This document shows, piece after piece, positions 15,602-29,848 of a DNA stretch of 64,000 bases. Position numbers and translations under genes: made by a program. The stretch comes from Octopus vulgaris (Eukaryota), in NCBI GenBank assembly GCA_951406725.2, contig OX597828.1, forward strand, positions 73,718,001-73,782,000, read 5' to 3'. Under the pieces are notes generated by a model. It had not been told where the DNA came from and searched no databases. It saw only the letters and a program-made list of their open reading frames with translations. Position 1 is the first letter of the stretch, and every line of letters starts with the position of its first letter.

Positions 15602-15637
15602 CTTTAACGTTTCGAGCCTACGCTCTTCCGCAGAAAG
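15602..15637 (-). ncRNA. Degenerate minimal hammerhead in insert ~15513-15645
   Basis: cttt-CTGCGGA-a-gagc(gtag)gctc-GAAA-cg-TT-aaag; core A6 is mutated. Confidence 0.55.
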
Positions 15638-15709
15638 GAACACATGTATATGTCATTGCTGCCGTTACTGCTTACTGCTGCTGCTGCGGCTACTGCGGCT
15701 GCTACTACA

Positions 15710-15746
<37 letters not shown>

Positions 15747-16435
15747 TTGCTGCTTCTACTACTACTACTACTACTACTACTGCTACTACTGCTACAACTA
15801 CAAAAGCTTCGGGCCACCTAAAGAATTGTGAGTGGATCTCGTAGATGGAAACTGAAAGAATCCCATCTTTTATGTATATGCATATGTTTGTACCTGTGTG
15901 TATGTATGTATGTATGCATGCATGCATGTATGTATGTACGTACGTATGTATGTATGTATGTATGTACGTAGTGGATATTATAGTCCTTGTTATAATACGT
16001 CTGAAAAGGCAGAGACCGTCTAGCGGAAACAACTGTCATCATATATCCGCTCCAGGATGAGGAGCGACCACGGTCAGCACACAAACACCAACTTAAACCC
16101 AACGATGGATTAGTCATGAATGGAACGGCCTTGCATTTGATCATTGGTCTGTCAATGAGAACAGCCTTAGGCTATAAGTAGGCGTACGCACTGGGAGGGG
16201 GGAGTACTGGAAAATCACGAGTGTGGGTTTGGCATGGAATGCACAGTTTCTGATACGGATCGATACGAAACGAATGAACGATCTGACGAATAAATATTCG
16301 ATCAGCCTTAAGTTGAACCTGTGCAACGTGATTGCTTATGCCTTTGATCTGTGATCCGCTTTCACCTGTTTTGTGCGGAAGTCAATGTAGATGTTGCGGC
16401 ATTCAGTACGTATTATATGCAAGAGTCGATTGGGA

Positions 16436-16480
16436 GTAGTAATAATAGTAATAATTATAATAATAATAATAATAATAATG

Positions 16481-16521
<41 letters not shown>

Positions 16522-16547
16522 TAATAATAATAATAATTAATGATGAT

Positions 16548-16589
<42 letters not shown>

Positions 16590-16641
16590 TAATAATAATA
16601 ACAGTAATAATTATAATAATTATAATAATAGTAATAAAAAT

Positions 16642-16689
<48 letters not shown>

Positions 16690-16817
16690 TAATAATAATA
16701 ATAATAATTAATAATAATAATAATAATAACAATAATAGTAGCAATAATATTAATAATAATAATAATAATAATTATAATAATAATAATAATAATAATAACA
16801 ATAATATTAGCAATAAT

Positions 16818-16861
<44 letters not shown>

Positions 16862-16908
16862 TAACAATAATAGTAGCAATAATATTAATAATAATAATAA
16901 TAATAATA

Positions 16909-16940
<32 letters not shown>

Positions 16941-17099
16941 AATAATAATAATAACAATAAGAAGGAGGAAGAACATGAAGGGGAGATGAAGGCGATTGAG
17001 GAGGCGGAGTGGGGAGAAAAAGAAGGAAGAGGAGGAGGAGGAGGAGGAGGAGAAGGAGGAGAAGAAGAAGAAGAAGAAGAAGAAGAAGAAGAAGAAGAA
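16436..17099. repeat. (TAA)n/(GAT)n/(GGA)n/(GAA)n compound microsatellite
   Basis: Seen directly. Confidence 0.95.
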
Positions 17100-18251
17100 C
17101 TGACCAATTATTATATTGAAGTAAATAAGGTTGAATATTAATATCCAGCGGGGGACTATATCTTAATTAAACATGACTGTAGTGCAGGGCAGTTAGGGTG
17201 TGGTCGACAAATTTAAGGATGAGAGATTAGTGACAGCACCAATGGATAATTAACGATTTGGTGCGGGCGGAATAAATGTGTGTAATCAAATATGGCGTGT
17301 GTTGTGAAGTGAAGAAGGATTTTAAATGAATAATAATATGGCTGTTTTAGTCGTTGTTGTTTTTAATTATTCATCCCCCCCCGCCACCTGCAACGGTTTA
17401 AACAGAATGAATTTTTTCAGTCCGACTAGGATACAAAATTAAAACTAAATTTGTCAACAACTCAGTTTTCGTAATAATCCTAAGGCATGTTACTGTCTCC
17501 TTCATTGTAAACTGACGAAATACTCAATTTTACTACGCCCCGTCAAGTTTTAAGTGCAGGACTGAACTACTCCATACTATCATACATAATCGATACTTTA
17601 TAAACTATAATTAAAAACATAATATGAGATTTTGATTAATAATGACTTTTTTTTCCTGGCGAATATTAATTTGAAATATAAGGGGAAAAAGCACTACTAA
17701 CTTCTTCCAAAATCGAACCAATTCCTTGTTAAATGTCTGTCAACTGTGCCACCGATTACATTAATGAGGTGCAGTCATCGATAAATAATATTGTTTGTTC
17801 CTTACGACATAATTATTTCTATTTAGCTTTCTTTTAGGATTCACTACCTTAAAATATGGATTAGAAGCAGTGAGCAGTCATGCGTAGAAATATAAACTTG
17901 TTACCAGTTATATAATATGCTTCAGAAAAATTGAAACCCGTAAGACAACCAGTCACTGTATTTTGCCATGGAGAATTCTTCCTGCTGCAAACAAACAGGT
18001 GTAAAGACGCCGAGTCTGTTCGAAGATCCCCCATCGGGAGCGACGATTGCATGCATTTTGAAGTAGTTATCTCCCCCACTGTACCGAACACACAGGGAAG
18101 GGAAACATTAAATACAACCAATCATAAATCGCGAGCAAATTTACCTTGGAAATATGCTTTTCCTAAGTGATTTACGAATCTATATGGACGAAAGCAAATA
18201 TACACATGACGCCTCACATTTGACTAAGAGAAATTTCCAAGATGTGGCTAC

Positions 18252-18304
<53 letters not shown>

Positions 18305-18748
18305 AAGAGTGGGGAGGAAGGGGTATATCTGCACTCGGCTGGTAGTTTTTATCACCTGAATCTACTTCAAACTTTCAAGATATTTAAATTTGATCACAAG
18401 TGAATAGAAAGGATGCTGTGACGAGCATTACATCCGATAGCGTGTGCATCTGATGAAATATACGCACGTATAGTTCTTCAGACATCGACACAATCGATAT
18501 GCCACACAATTGTCCCAATATATCTGGCGTCTGAAAAATCTGTTCATGAACACCCTGGGAAGATTTATTATGTTTAATTCAAAATCCTTAACATTCCAAA
18601 GCAAATATTGAAATACTGTTAAAAGAATTTTAAATATATTAGTATCACTAAAGGCAAAAATCTGAGACAAGTTTAACTAGTAAAAAGAAACGTATGATCT
18701 GCGTATCTGTAGCAACTTAAACACTTCCAAACGCTCATACGTGCATAC

Positions 18749-18865
<117 letters not shown>

Positions 18866-18908
18866 AATGTGTGTGTGTGTGTGTGTGTGTTATACGGGAC
18901 TGTTGCTA

Positions 18909-18955
18909 GCAGTGACTAGGAGGTTTCGGCTACGCAAGCCATCGTCGACAACTGC
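18909..18955 (-). ncRNA. Degenerate hammerhead-like motif
   Basis: gcagt-tgtcGACGA-t-ggct(tgcgt)agcc-GAAA-c(ctccta)g-TC-actgc. Stems I and II are intact, but the start of the core is altered. Confidence 0.4.
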
Positions 18956-19057
18956 ACATAAAAACAAATACTAATAGATAGATAGATAGATAGATAGATT
19001 AATAGATAGAGATACAAATCTAACTACAGATGTTCTTTTATATTCTTCCCTTTGTTT

Positions 19058-19489
19058 TATTTGTATGTCATGTTGACTGCGACCATGCTGGAGCACCGCC
19101 TTCAGTCGAAAATATTGACCCAAGGACTTATTCTTTGTAAGCCTAGTACTTATTCTATCAGTCTCTTAGCCGAACCGCTAAGTTACGGGAACATAAACAC
19201 ACCAACATCGGTTGTCAAGAGATGTTGAGGGACAAACACACATACACACAAATATATATACACACACACATACACACACGTACGCACATACAAACACACA
19301 CTTTAATATATGTGTATATATATATACGACAGGCTTCTTTCAGTTTCCGTCTAATAAATCCATTCAGAAGGCTTTGGTCTGCCCGAGACTATCGTAGAAA
19401 ACACTTGCTCAAGGTGCCACGTAGTAAGACTGAACTCCGAACCATGTGGTTGGTAAGAAAGGTATTTACCACACAGCCACTCCTGTGCC
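19058..19489 (-). mobile_element. SINE family B
   Basis: Reverse-complement homology to 20584-20975. Confidence 0.88.
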
Positions 19490-19580
19490 TATTGATATAT
19501 AAACAGATATGAATAAACATTTATATACGAATATACATAAACATATATAGATAAACGTATAGATAAGCATATATACATGT

Positions 19581-19611
<31 letters not shown>

Positions 19612-19616
19612 CATGA

Positions 19617-19677
<61 letters not shown>

Positions 19678-19851
19678 TAATCCAAACGGGAAAACAGAAA
19701 AAACAACAACACGTGGAACATTACAGTATTATTATTATAGGCGCTAGGAAAATGGAAAAGGAGGGTATACGTATCTTCGTCGGAAACATAGCAGAAAGAA
19801 AGATCCCGATTGCATAGTCTTCACGAGGTCACATACTGAAAAGACGGAAGT

Positions 19852-19894
<43 letters not shown>

Positions 19895-20352
19895 GATATA
19901 TGTATTTATGTAAACATATATTGTATATGCATGATTCTCTGCATATATGCGTGAGTATATGTAGTTGTTTGCTTAGACATACATACATGCACCCAACTAG
20001 ATATAAATGCATATATACACTTGTGAATTTCTGCCCAGATATGTTACTTCCGACGCCTACCTATCTACAACAGTCTACTCGGCTACTCAGGGGCTATTTT
20101 CATCAATATTTCGGTCTGTGTCGGGTAGTCTGGGCTTCAATGACACACTTTGTTTCCTTTGCTTGGCAGAAGAATTATAATATTAAAAATTGATTTACTG
20201 TTGTGTTTTCCTTCGCTGCATAATAATTTTTAGTTAGTATTCTAATTGCTGACGAGTATAAAACATGATAGCACGGCAGAAGACATATATACGCGTTTGT
20301 GTGTGTGTGTGTTTGTGTGTGTGCTCGTGTATATTTGTAGGTATTATGTGTC

Positions 20353-20401
<49 letters not shown>

Positions 20402-20446
20402 GTGTATATATATATATATATATATCATACATATATACATACATAT

Positions 20447-20490
<44 letters not shown>

Positions 20491-20583
20491 GTATATATAT
20501 ACATACATGTATATATATGTGGCTGTATATATGTATATATATATGTGGCTGTATATATGTATATATATACATGTATATATATA

Positions 20584-20975
20584 GGCGCAGGAGTGGCTGT
20601 GTGGTAAGTAGCTTGTTTACCAACCACATGGTTTCTGGGTTCAGTCCCACTGCGTGGCACCTTGTGCAAGTGTCTTCTACTATAGCCTCGGGCCAACCAA
20701 AGCCTTGTGAGTGGATTTGGTAGACGGAAACTGAAATAAGCCCGTCGTATATATGTATATATATATATATATGTATATGCGTGTCTGTGTTTGTCCCCCC
20801 AGCATTGCTTGACAACCGATGCTGGTGTGTTTATGTCCCCGTTACTTAGCGGTTCGGCAAAAGAGACCGATAGAATAAGTACTGGGCTTACAAAAGAATA
20901 AGTCCCGGGGTCGAGTTGCTCGATTAAAAGGCGGTGCTCCAGCATGGCCGCAGTCAAATGACTGAAACAAGGTAA
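20584..20975 (+). mobile_element. SINE family B (tRNA-like head, CORE-like caccttgggcaagtgtctt, internal TA/TG tract, CR1-like tail)
   Basis: Full-length copy with B-box ggttcagtccc; multiple homologues in the window. Confidence 0.9.
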
Positions 20976-21029
20976 AAAAAAAAATATATATATATATAAA
21001 TATATATTATATATATATATATATATATA

Positions 21030-21215
21030 CAATTTATAAATGAGGGCAAAAGGAAAAAATTTCTAATGCCAAATATGCCGAAAAATTGGACATATTGTCC
21101 ATTAACCATATAATTTTTTCACAATACGCACGCTACTTATATGGTTAATGGACAATATGTCCAATTTTTCGGCATATTTGGCATTAGAAATTTTTTCCTT
21201 TGCCCTCATTTATAA

Positions 21216-21219
<4 letters not shown>
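21030..21219. repeat. Near-perfect hairpin insert in (TA)n
   Basis: Arms of about 83 nt (caatttataaatgagggc...ccatataa / ttatatgg...gccctcatttataaattg) with a ~24-nt loop. Confidence 0.92.
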
Positions 21220-21274
<55 letters not shown>

Positions 21275-21283
<9 letters not shown>

Positions 21284-21686
21284 TATATACATATGTGTAC
21301 CTATACATACCTACACATACACACATATACATACAAATACAAACCCATTCCCTAATTTTAATTTTATTATCTTCATTTATTACTTTTGTTATCTTTGACC
21401 GCTGGTCACAAGCATCTTGGCTACGACAGCAAGTCCATTTATCCTTCTACTTGAACACAAGCACTCACTCACGCACACTCATTAGCACGCACACTCACTC
21501 ATTCGTACACTCATACACATACACGCACGCACGCGTTATATTCATACATACATACATCTACATACATTCACATATATACACATACGTACGCGTACCTACA
21601 GATTCATGTCTACACGCTTAGAAGTCTAGTCCATACATATACACCAATAAATATATATACACACATACATATACACCTACATACAA

Positions 21687-21736
<50 letters not shown>

Positions 21737-21879
21737 GTATATATACATACATACATACACCCATACATACATACATATATACACATACACACACCCACAC
21801 ATATACATATACATACATATACGCGCATACATACACATACATATACATACATATACACATACACATATATATATATACA

Positions 21880-21921
<42 letters not shown>

Positions 21922-22445
21922 CATACATGTACATACATACATATACATATATACACACACACATACATACACATATACACATACACACACATACACATAT
22001 ACATGCGTACCCATACACACACACACGCGCGCGCATCCATATATACACATAAGTACACACATGCGTAAAAGTATACATATATCTATACATATGCTTACAC
22101 CTACACACACACACGCGCCGCCTTATGTTCATATACTTACATGCATACTCAAAAAATAAATAATAAAATATATATACGTGCAGTTATTCATATACATACA
22201 TGCATACTCAAAAAATAAATAATAAATATTAAGTATATATACGTGCAGTTACCTATTATACAGACGGATACATACATATAAATTTACACATATATATATA
22301 TATATATATATACATACCTACACATATGTACATATACATACACACATACATAACTCTACGTACATGCATATACATAAACACACGAGCGTACACGTATATG
22401 TACATATACACATACACACACATACATACATACATATACATACAC

Positions 22446-22479
<34 letters not shown>

Positions 22480-22482
22480 ATA

Positions 22483-22535
<53 letters not shown>

Positions 22536-22666
22536 ATGTATATGTATGTATGTATGTGTGTGTATGTGTATGTGTATATGTACATATACGTTTACGCTCG
22601 TGTGTTTATGTATATGTAGGTACGTAGAGTTATGTATGTGTGTATGTATATGTACATACGTATAGG

Positions 22667-22712
<46 letters not shown>

Positions 22713-23075
22713 CATACATGTACATACATACATATACATATATACACACACACATACATACACATATACACATACACACACATACACATATACATGCGTA
22801 CCCATACACACACACACACGCGCGCATCCATATATACACATAAGTACACACATGCGTAAAAGTATACATATATCTATACATATGTTTACATACACACACA
22901 CACACGCGCCTCCTTATGTTCATATACTTACATGCATACTCAAAAATAAATAATAAAATATATATACGTGCAGTTATTCATATACATATATGCATACTCA
23001 AAAAATAAATAATAAATATTAAGTATATATACGTGCAGTTACCTATTATACAGACGGATACATACATATAAATTT

Positions 23076-23116
<41 letters not shown>

Positions 23117-23180
23117 CCTACACATATGTACATATACACATACACATACACACACAAGCATACATACATATACATACACA

Positions 23181-23216
<36 letters not shown>

Positions 23217-23225
23217 CATATATAT

Positions 23226-23271
<46 letters not shown>

Positions 23272-23402
23272 ATGTATATGTATGTATGTATGTGTGTGTA
23301 TGTGTATGTGTATATGTACATATACGTGTACGCTCGTGTGTTTATGTATATGTAGGTACGTAGAGTTATGTATGTGTGTATGTATATGTACATATGTGTA
23401 GG

Positions 23403-23459
<57 letters not shown>

Positions 23460-23823
23460 AAATTTATATGTATGTATCCGTCTGTATAATAGGTTACTGC
23501 ACGTATATATACTTAATATTTATTATTTATTTTTTGAGTATGCATATATGTATATGAATAACTGCACGTATATATATTTTATTATTTATTTTTTGAGTAT
23601 GCATGTAAGTATATGAACATAAGGAGGCGCGTGTGTGTGTGTGTAGGTGTAAGCATATGTATAGATATATGTATACTTTTACGCATGTGTGTACTTATGT
23701 GTATATATGGATGCGCGCGTGTGTGTGTGTATGGGTACGCATGTATATGTGTATGTGTGTGTATGTGTATATGTGTATGTATGTGTGTGTGTATATATGT
23801 ATATGTATGTATGTACATGTATG

Positions 23824-23861
<38 letters not shown>

Positions 23862-23998
23862 TATATATATATATGTGTATGTGTATATGTATGTATATGT
23901 ATGTGTATGTATGCGCGTATATGTATGTATATGTATATGTGTGGGTGTGTGTATGTGTATATATGTATGTATGTATGGGTGTATGTATGTATATATAC

Positions 23999-24034
<36 letters not shown>

Positions 24035-24435
24035 TTGTATGTAGGTGTATATGTATGTGTGTATATATATTTATTGGTGTATATGTATAGACTAGTCTTC
24101 TAAGCGTGTAGACATGAATCTGTAGGTACGCGTACGTATGTGTATATATGTGAATGTATGTAGATGTATGTATGTATGAATATAACGCGTGCGTGCGTGT
24201 ATGTGTATGAGTGTACGAATGAGTGAGTGTGCGTGCTAATGAGTGTGCGTGCGTGAGTGAGTGCTTGTGTTCAAGTAGAAGGATAAATGGACTTGCTGTC
24301 GTAGCCAAGATGCTTGTGACCAACGGTCAAAGATAACAAAAGTAATAAATGAAGATAATAAAATTAAAATTAGGGAATGGGTTTGTATTTGTATGTATAT
24401 GTGTGTATGTGTAGGTATGTATAGGTACACATATG

Positions 24436-24450
<15 letters not shown>
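21275..24450. repeat. 3.2 kb nested palindrome
   Basis: About 21275-22470 is the inverse of about 23250-24450. The centre holds a further inverted and a direct partial copy. Confidence 0.9.
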
Positions 24451-24478
<28 letters not shown>

Positions 24479-24632
24479 GTATATAGGGACTTGTGTGTGC
24501 ATGTGTGTATGTGGATATGTGTGTGTATGTGTGTATGTGTATGTGTGTGTATGTATATAATTTTGTGTGTATATGTATGTGTGGTCGTGTGTGTATATAT
24601 ACGTGTGTGTGTAAATGTATATGCATATATAT

Positions 24633-24670
<38 letters not shown>

Positions 24671-24774
24671 GTGTATGTATATATATATGTATATATATAT
24701 GTGTGTGTGTGTATGTATGTGTGTATGTATATGTGTGTGTGTGTATATATATATACATATGTGTATATGTATAA

Positions 24775-25119
24775 GTGAGAATCTCCTTATTTACTTAAAA
24801 CTCTATTCTTCTTCTATATATTTTTTTATTCTTTTATTTATTCTTTTATCTAATTTACCACTGACTCCTTGACCACTCCCCCAAGTAAGATAATTTTGCG
24901 CTATACCTACCCCCAAAAAGTCCCCCCACCACCCCTTTAAACCTGCCTAAATGTATAAATGCCAATACAATTCTTGTTAACTAGCTTCCTGATGATTTCT
25001 CTTGAATGAAACAGTTCTAGTCCTGTAGAAGCTCCTTCTATATAATAAATTAATTTTACTCTGCTATGTATTGAGTACCTTATTTACTGTGGTTAACCCT
25101 GAATCAACCCGGGACCTAC

Positions 25120-25122
<3 letters not shown>
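24775..25122 (+). mobile_element. pLTR/3' UTR fragment of the 56-57 kb PLE family
   Basis: 24983-25122 is near-identical to the reverse complement of about 57320-57459. Confidence 0.85.
24983..25033 (+). ncRNA. Type I hammerhead ribozyme, same family as 57408-57460
   Basis: agcttc-CTGATGA-tttc(tctt)gaat-GAAA-cag(ttctagtc)ctg-TA-gaagct; differs from the 57.4 kb copy only at the variable N7 position. Confidence 0.88.
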
Positions 25123-25159
<37 letters not shown>

Positions 25160-25229
25160 GTGTATGTATGTAGGAATACATATAGAGTGACAGAGGGAGG
25201 ACAAGGGAGCAAGACAAACTGCCAGTAGA

Positions 25230-25531
<302 letters not shown>

Positions 25532-26300
25532 TGTGCACCTGTCGAGGTGGGAACCAGACGTAGTTGGCCTTAGAAAGGTAAAGAAAAAGGACAATGATAC
25601 CGGAAGGGAGAAAGGGCGAGAGGAAGACAGACTAAGAGATAGATAATGTGGTAGGGTGTCAGGTTGAGAGAAAAAATGTGAGGGAATGAGGGAAGAAATG
25701 GCGGCAGAAGAAGTAGGATTGTGTAAAAGTAACGACTAATTACGGTAACCTCTCAATAAGGTAATTAGTTTTAGAAGTTCTCATAATTAATCTTGGTGAT
25801 AAGAACATTTTCTATAAATTAGCATGTGACGTAATCGTGTATATCGTCAAAGGTTTTAATGAACTTTAGGAAAATAATGGGAAAAAAAATCTGCAAACCT
25901 TTTATAAACCACCGCAATGAAACATCATGGCAAATCTGAATTTTGAATTTAGAAAGTATGATTCTCACACGAAATGTAATTAAAGTTTTTCTCTCTGATA
26001 ATATTTATCTCCCTGATTGAGAAGGAGTACATGTGCAGAAACTGAGTTTCACAATCCTCATGTTAACTAGGTTCAAATTTGACACGTATCTTCGATCGAC
26101 CCCATAGACATTTTTTACGCTTTATCCTTTACTTGTTTCAGTCATTAGACTGCGGCCATGCTAGAGCCAACGCTGGGGCATCACCTCAGAGGATTTTACT
26201 CGAACGAATCGACCCCAGTGCCCGTTTCCCTTTTAAGTCTAAAATTAATTAGTATTATTATCGTTTTATTGTTGTTATTATTATTATTATTTTATTATTG

Positions 26301-26341
<41 letters not shown>

Positions 26342-26715
26342 TTTTTTTTTGTTTTTTTGTCATCGTTAAGAGGACTCCTTCCCAATACGATATATCGATC
26401 TACCAAGATCTCAGCAGCCTCTCATTCTGTTATGCTTGATTACTAAGATGATTGATCGAGTATTTTAATGAAGCTAGAGATCTTCAGTTTGTTTAGTAAT
26501 TGTTTTTTTATTTATTTTTATTTTGTAATGATTGTGTAGCGTTTAAATAATTATTAGGATATTAATGAAGTATCCATCTCTTCAACTTTTCATAGGTTGA
26601 GCAGATTGAACGAAGATGATTTCTAAAAGCATATAGTGGTAGCATACGTAAAGTTAGACGAAGAAATAGATATGACGAATATAATATACTTACGTGGTAA
26701 AATTATAGGAAGAAA

Positions 26716-26873
26716 CAGGGGTGGCTGTGTGGTTAGTAGCTTACTTATCAACCACATGGTTCCGGGTTCAGTCCCACTGCGGGGCACTTTGGGCAAGTGT
26801 CTTCTACTATAGCCTCGGTCCGACCAAAGCATTGTGAGTGGATTTGATAGACAGAAACTGAAAGAAACCCGTC

Positions 26874-26920
<47 letters not shown>

Positions 26921-27152
26921 TGTGTGTATATGTTTGTGTGTCTGTGTTTATCACCCCTCCCCAACATCGCTTGACAACTGATGGTGGTGAGTTTACGTCC
27001 CAGTAACCTAGCAGTTCGGCAAAAGAGACTGATCGAATAAGTACCAGGCTTACAAAGAATAAGTCCTAGGGTCGATTTGCTCGACAAAAAGGCGGTGCTC
27101 CAGCATGGCCATAGTCAAATTACTGAAACAAGTAACTGAGTAAAGAGTAAAG
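26716..27152 (+). mobile_element. SINE family B
   Basis: Homologous to 20584-20975. Confidence 0.9.
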
Positions 27153-27798
27153 AGTACACCGTTACAGTAAGTATAAAGCTTAGGAAAAACGTAAAGTTAA
27201 AGGAAGATTTTTTTAAAAAATAGTTATATGACAGAAATACTAATAAATTATTAAGACAGTAGTTTCCATACAGCCACTGTACGTTTCCACACACACACAT
27301 AACCTTGAAACGTCTCAATACCCAAAGACTATTTACTCTTGAACGACCACTTCCCATATCAGCCACTTCCCAGCGAGAAGCAAATTAAATACTTCCAATC
27401 CATCTTTAAAACAAACAAACAAATAAGTAAACAAACAAATAAAAAATAAACAAATGAATAAAAAGATAAATAAATTAAAAAATAAAGACTGAAAGCAACA
27501 ACTCGTGGAATATCTTCTTGTTCTAAAATTAAGCAAATCTCAGAGAATATTGAAAGAAGACATTACTTCAACTAATCATTTCTTTGTTAAAAATGCATAA
27601 AATGTGACATTTTAGCAGGTTGATGGTTTAATAACCACTTTCACAACAACAACAACAACAACATAAGCAGTAACAACAACAAGAATACCAACAACAACGA
27701 CATCGACGATGGCGATGACGATGATGGCGACGAATGGCGAAACAAAATTGAAAACCATCGTTTACACATTACAGTTGAACAGTCTATTGCTTGGACAC

Positions 27799-27865
<67 letters not shown>

Positions 27866-28115
27866 CTCACGTACACACAACTAAATTATACACCCACATG
27901 TACACATACACCCACATATGTATACCTACATAATTCTCTCGCTCTCTCTCTCTCTCTCTCTGTATATGTGTATATGTATGTATTGTTGTTTATGAATAAT
28001 GAATTTGTATTCTGCCAACGTTTAGACTCACTCCTCAGATTAATGTAAAATTGTTTTTATCATAACTTAACATAAAAGCAAACATTAATATCTGTGTGTG
28101 TGTGTGTGTGTATAC

Positions 28116-28147
<32 letters not shown>

Positions 28148-28203
28148 CGGTAGCTACATATATATATATATATACACACACACATATCTATCGTTACATA
28201 TAT

Positions 28204-28250
<47 letters not shown>

Positions 28251-28586
28251 TATTGGCAGATATATGAATATATATATATATATATATGAAGATAGACACA
28301 CAGAAATATACACATGTGTCTGTGTTTGTGTGAGTGTGTGTGTAGGCAAGAGGTTGTATGAAGTTACAGATATATGCTTACATATCGAGACGCAAAAATT
28401 GTACGGAGTCCGAAACAAAAGTCTCGACTTGGTTTTTAGGCGTTGCCATCGGCAACCAAAACTTGGAGCGATGCTTCGGGCAACGAAATAAGTTTCCAGG
28501 GAACTTCATGAGTATTTTTATTATATTTAATCTATAACAATTTTAAAAAGGAAATTACCAAATTCTATTTTAAGCGAATACTAGTC

Positions 28587-28752
28587 AGCAGGAGTGACAC
28601 TGTGTGATAAGAAGCCTTCTTTATAATCATATAGCTCCGAGTTCGGGCCTGCTGCGTGGCACCTTGGGTAAGTGACTTCCACTATAGCCTCAGGCCGACC
28701 AAACTCCTGAGAGTGAATTTGGTAGACAGAAACTAAAAGAAGCCTGTCGTAT
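28587..28752 (+). mobile_element. SINE family B, 5' half
   Basis: Homologous to the head and CORE-like part. Confidence 0.8.
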
Positions 28753-28780
28753 TTATACGTATATATATACATAAATATAT

Positions 28781-28854
<74 letters not shown>

Positions 28855-28856
28855 GA

Positions 28857-28894
<38 letters not shown>

Positions 28895-28979
28895 AATATA
28901 GCAGCAAAATTTAGGAACGGCCATGTGTGTATTGATTAATTATATACAAATATATATATATATATACAAATATAAATAG

Positions 28980-29033
<54 letters not shown>

Positions 29034-29085
29034 ACAAATATACATATATATATACATTGATTAAACCTCACCAAGTTAAATATGT

Positions 29086-29155
29086 AAACCACCTGAAGAA
29101 TGACTGTAACTCGAAAATTTTAAGAATTGAACAGCCATGAAACGATCCTAGTGTT
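29086..29155 (+). ncRNA. Hammerhead with extended stem II, in insert 29057-29280
   Basis: cac-CTGAAGA-atgactgt...acagccat-GAAA-cgatcc-TA-gtg. Helix III is one substitution from the palindrome ACGATCGT. Confidence 0.7.
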
Positions 29156-29274
29156 ATATTAATTATCTTTTTTAATAAGTTTGATATATATTTAAATAAT
29201 ATAAATTAATTAATCTTATGTATTGGCTTAAGTTTTTCATCGTATGATTTGCCTAATAGTGGTTTTATCTCTAA

Positions 29275-29313
<39 letters not shown>

Positions 29314-29324
29314 AATATATATGT

Positions 29325-29434
<110 letters not shown>

Positions 29435-29637
29435 ACAAATATATATATATATATATATATAGATAAGAAAGTTTGTTTGGTAAAGCACGTGGGTGAATAT
29501 ATAAGAAAATAGTAAAGTGTGAAAAAACGACAGAAGGCTTAAATGTTAAAAAATATATATATTTGTGTCAAAATGTCTGGAGAATATTGGAAACATTTTT
29601 TTCCTTTCCTTAAAATGACATAATTTTAAAATTTTTA

Positions 29638-29677
29638 AAGAAATTACCGGTTTCGCGTGTAGCTTTTCAAATTTCTT
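29638..29677 (-). ncRNA. Hammerhead ribozyme, inverted copy of 31963-32002
   Basis: Exact reverse complement of the 31963-32002 motif. Confidence 0.85.
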
Positions 29678-29848
29678 GTGACGTTATGTTTATATTGCAT
29701 GGAGTTATCGTTGTATTTATTTTCAGGAGATTTCTAAATAAGGGGAGGTAGTGAGTGATTTCTTCCGGTGTAAGGGAGATAATCGCTTAAATTTTTTTTC
29801 CTTTTCCCTTGTTCATTTCTCTGTGTCAGTATGTTCGGATGGTTTTTC

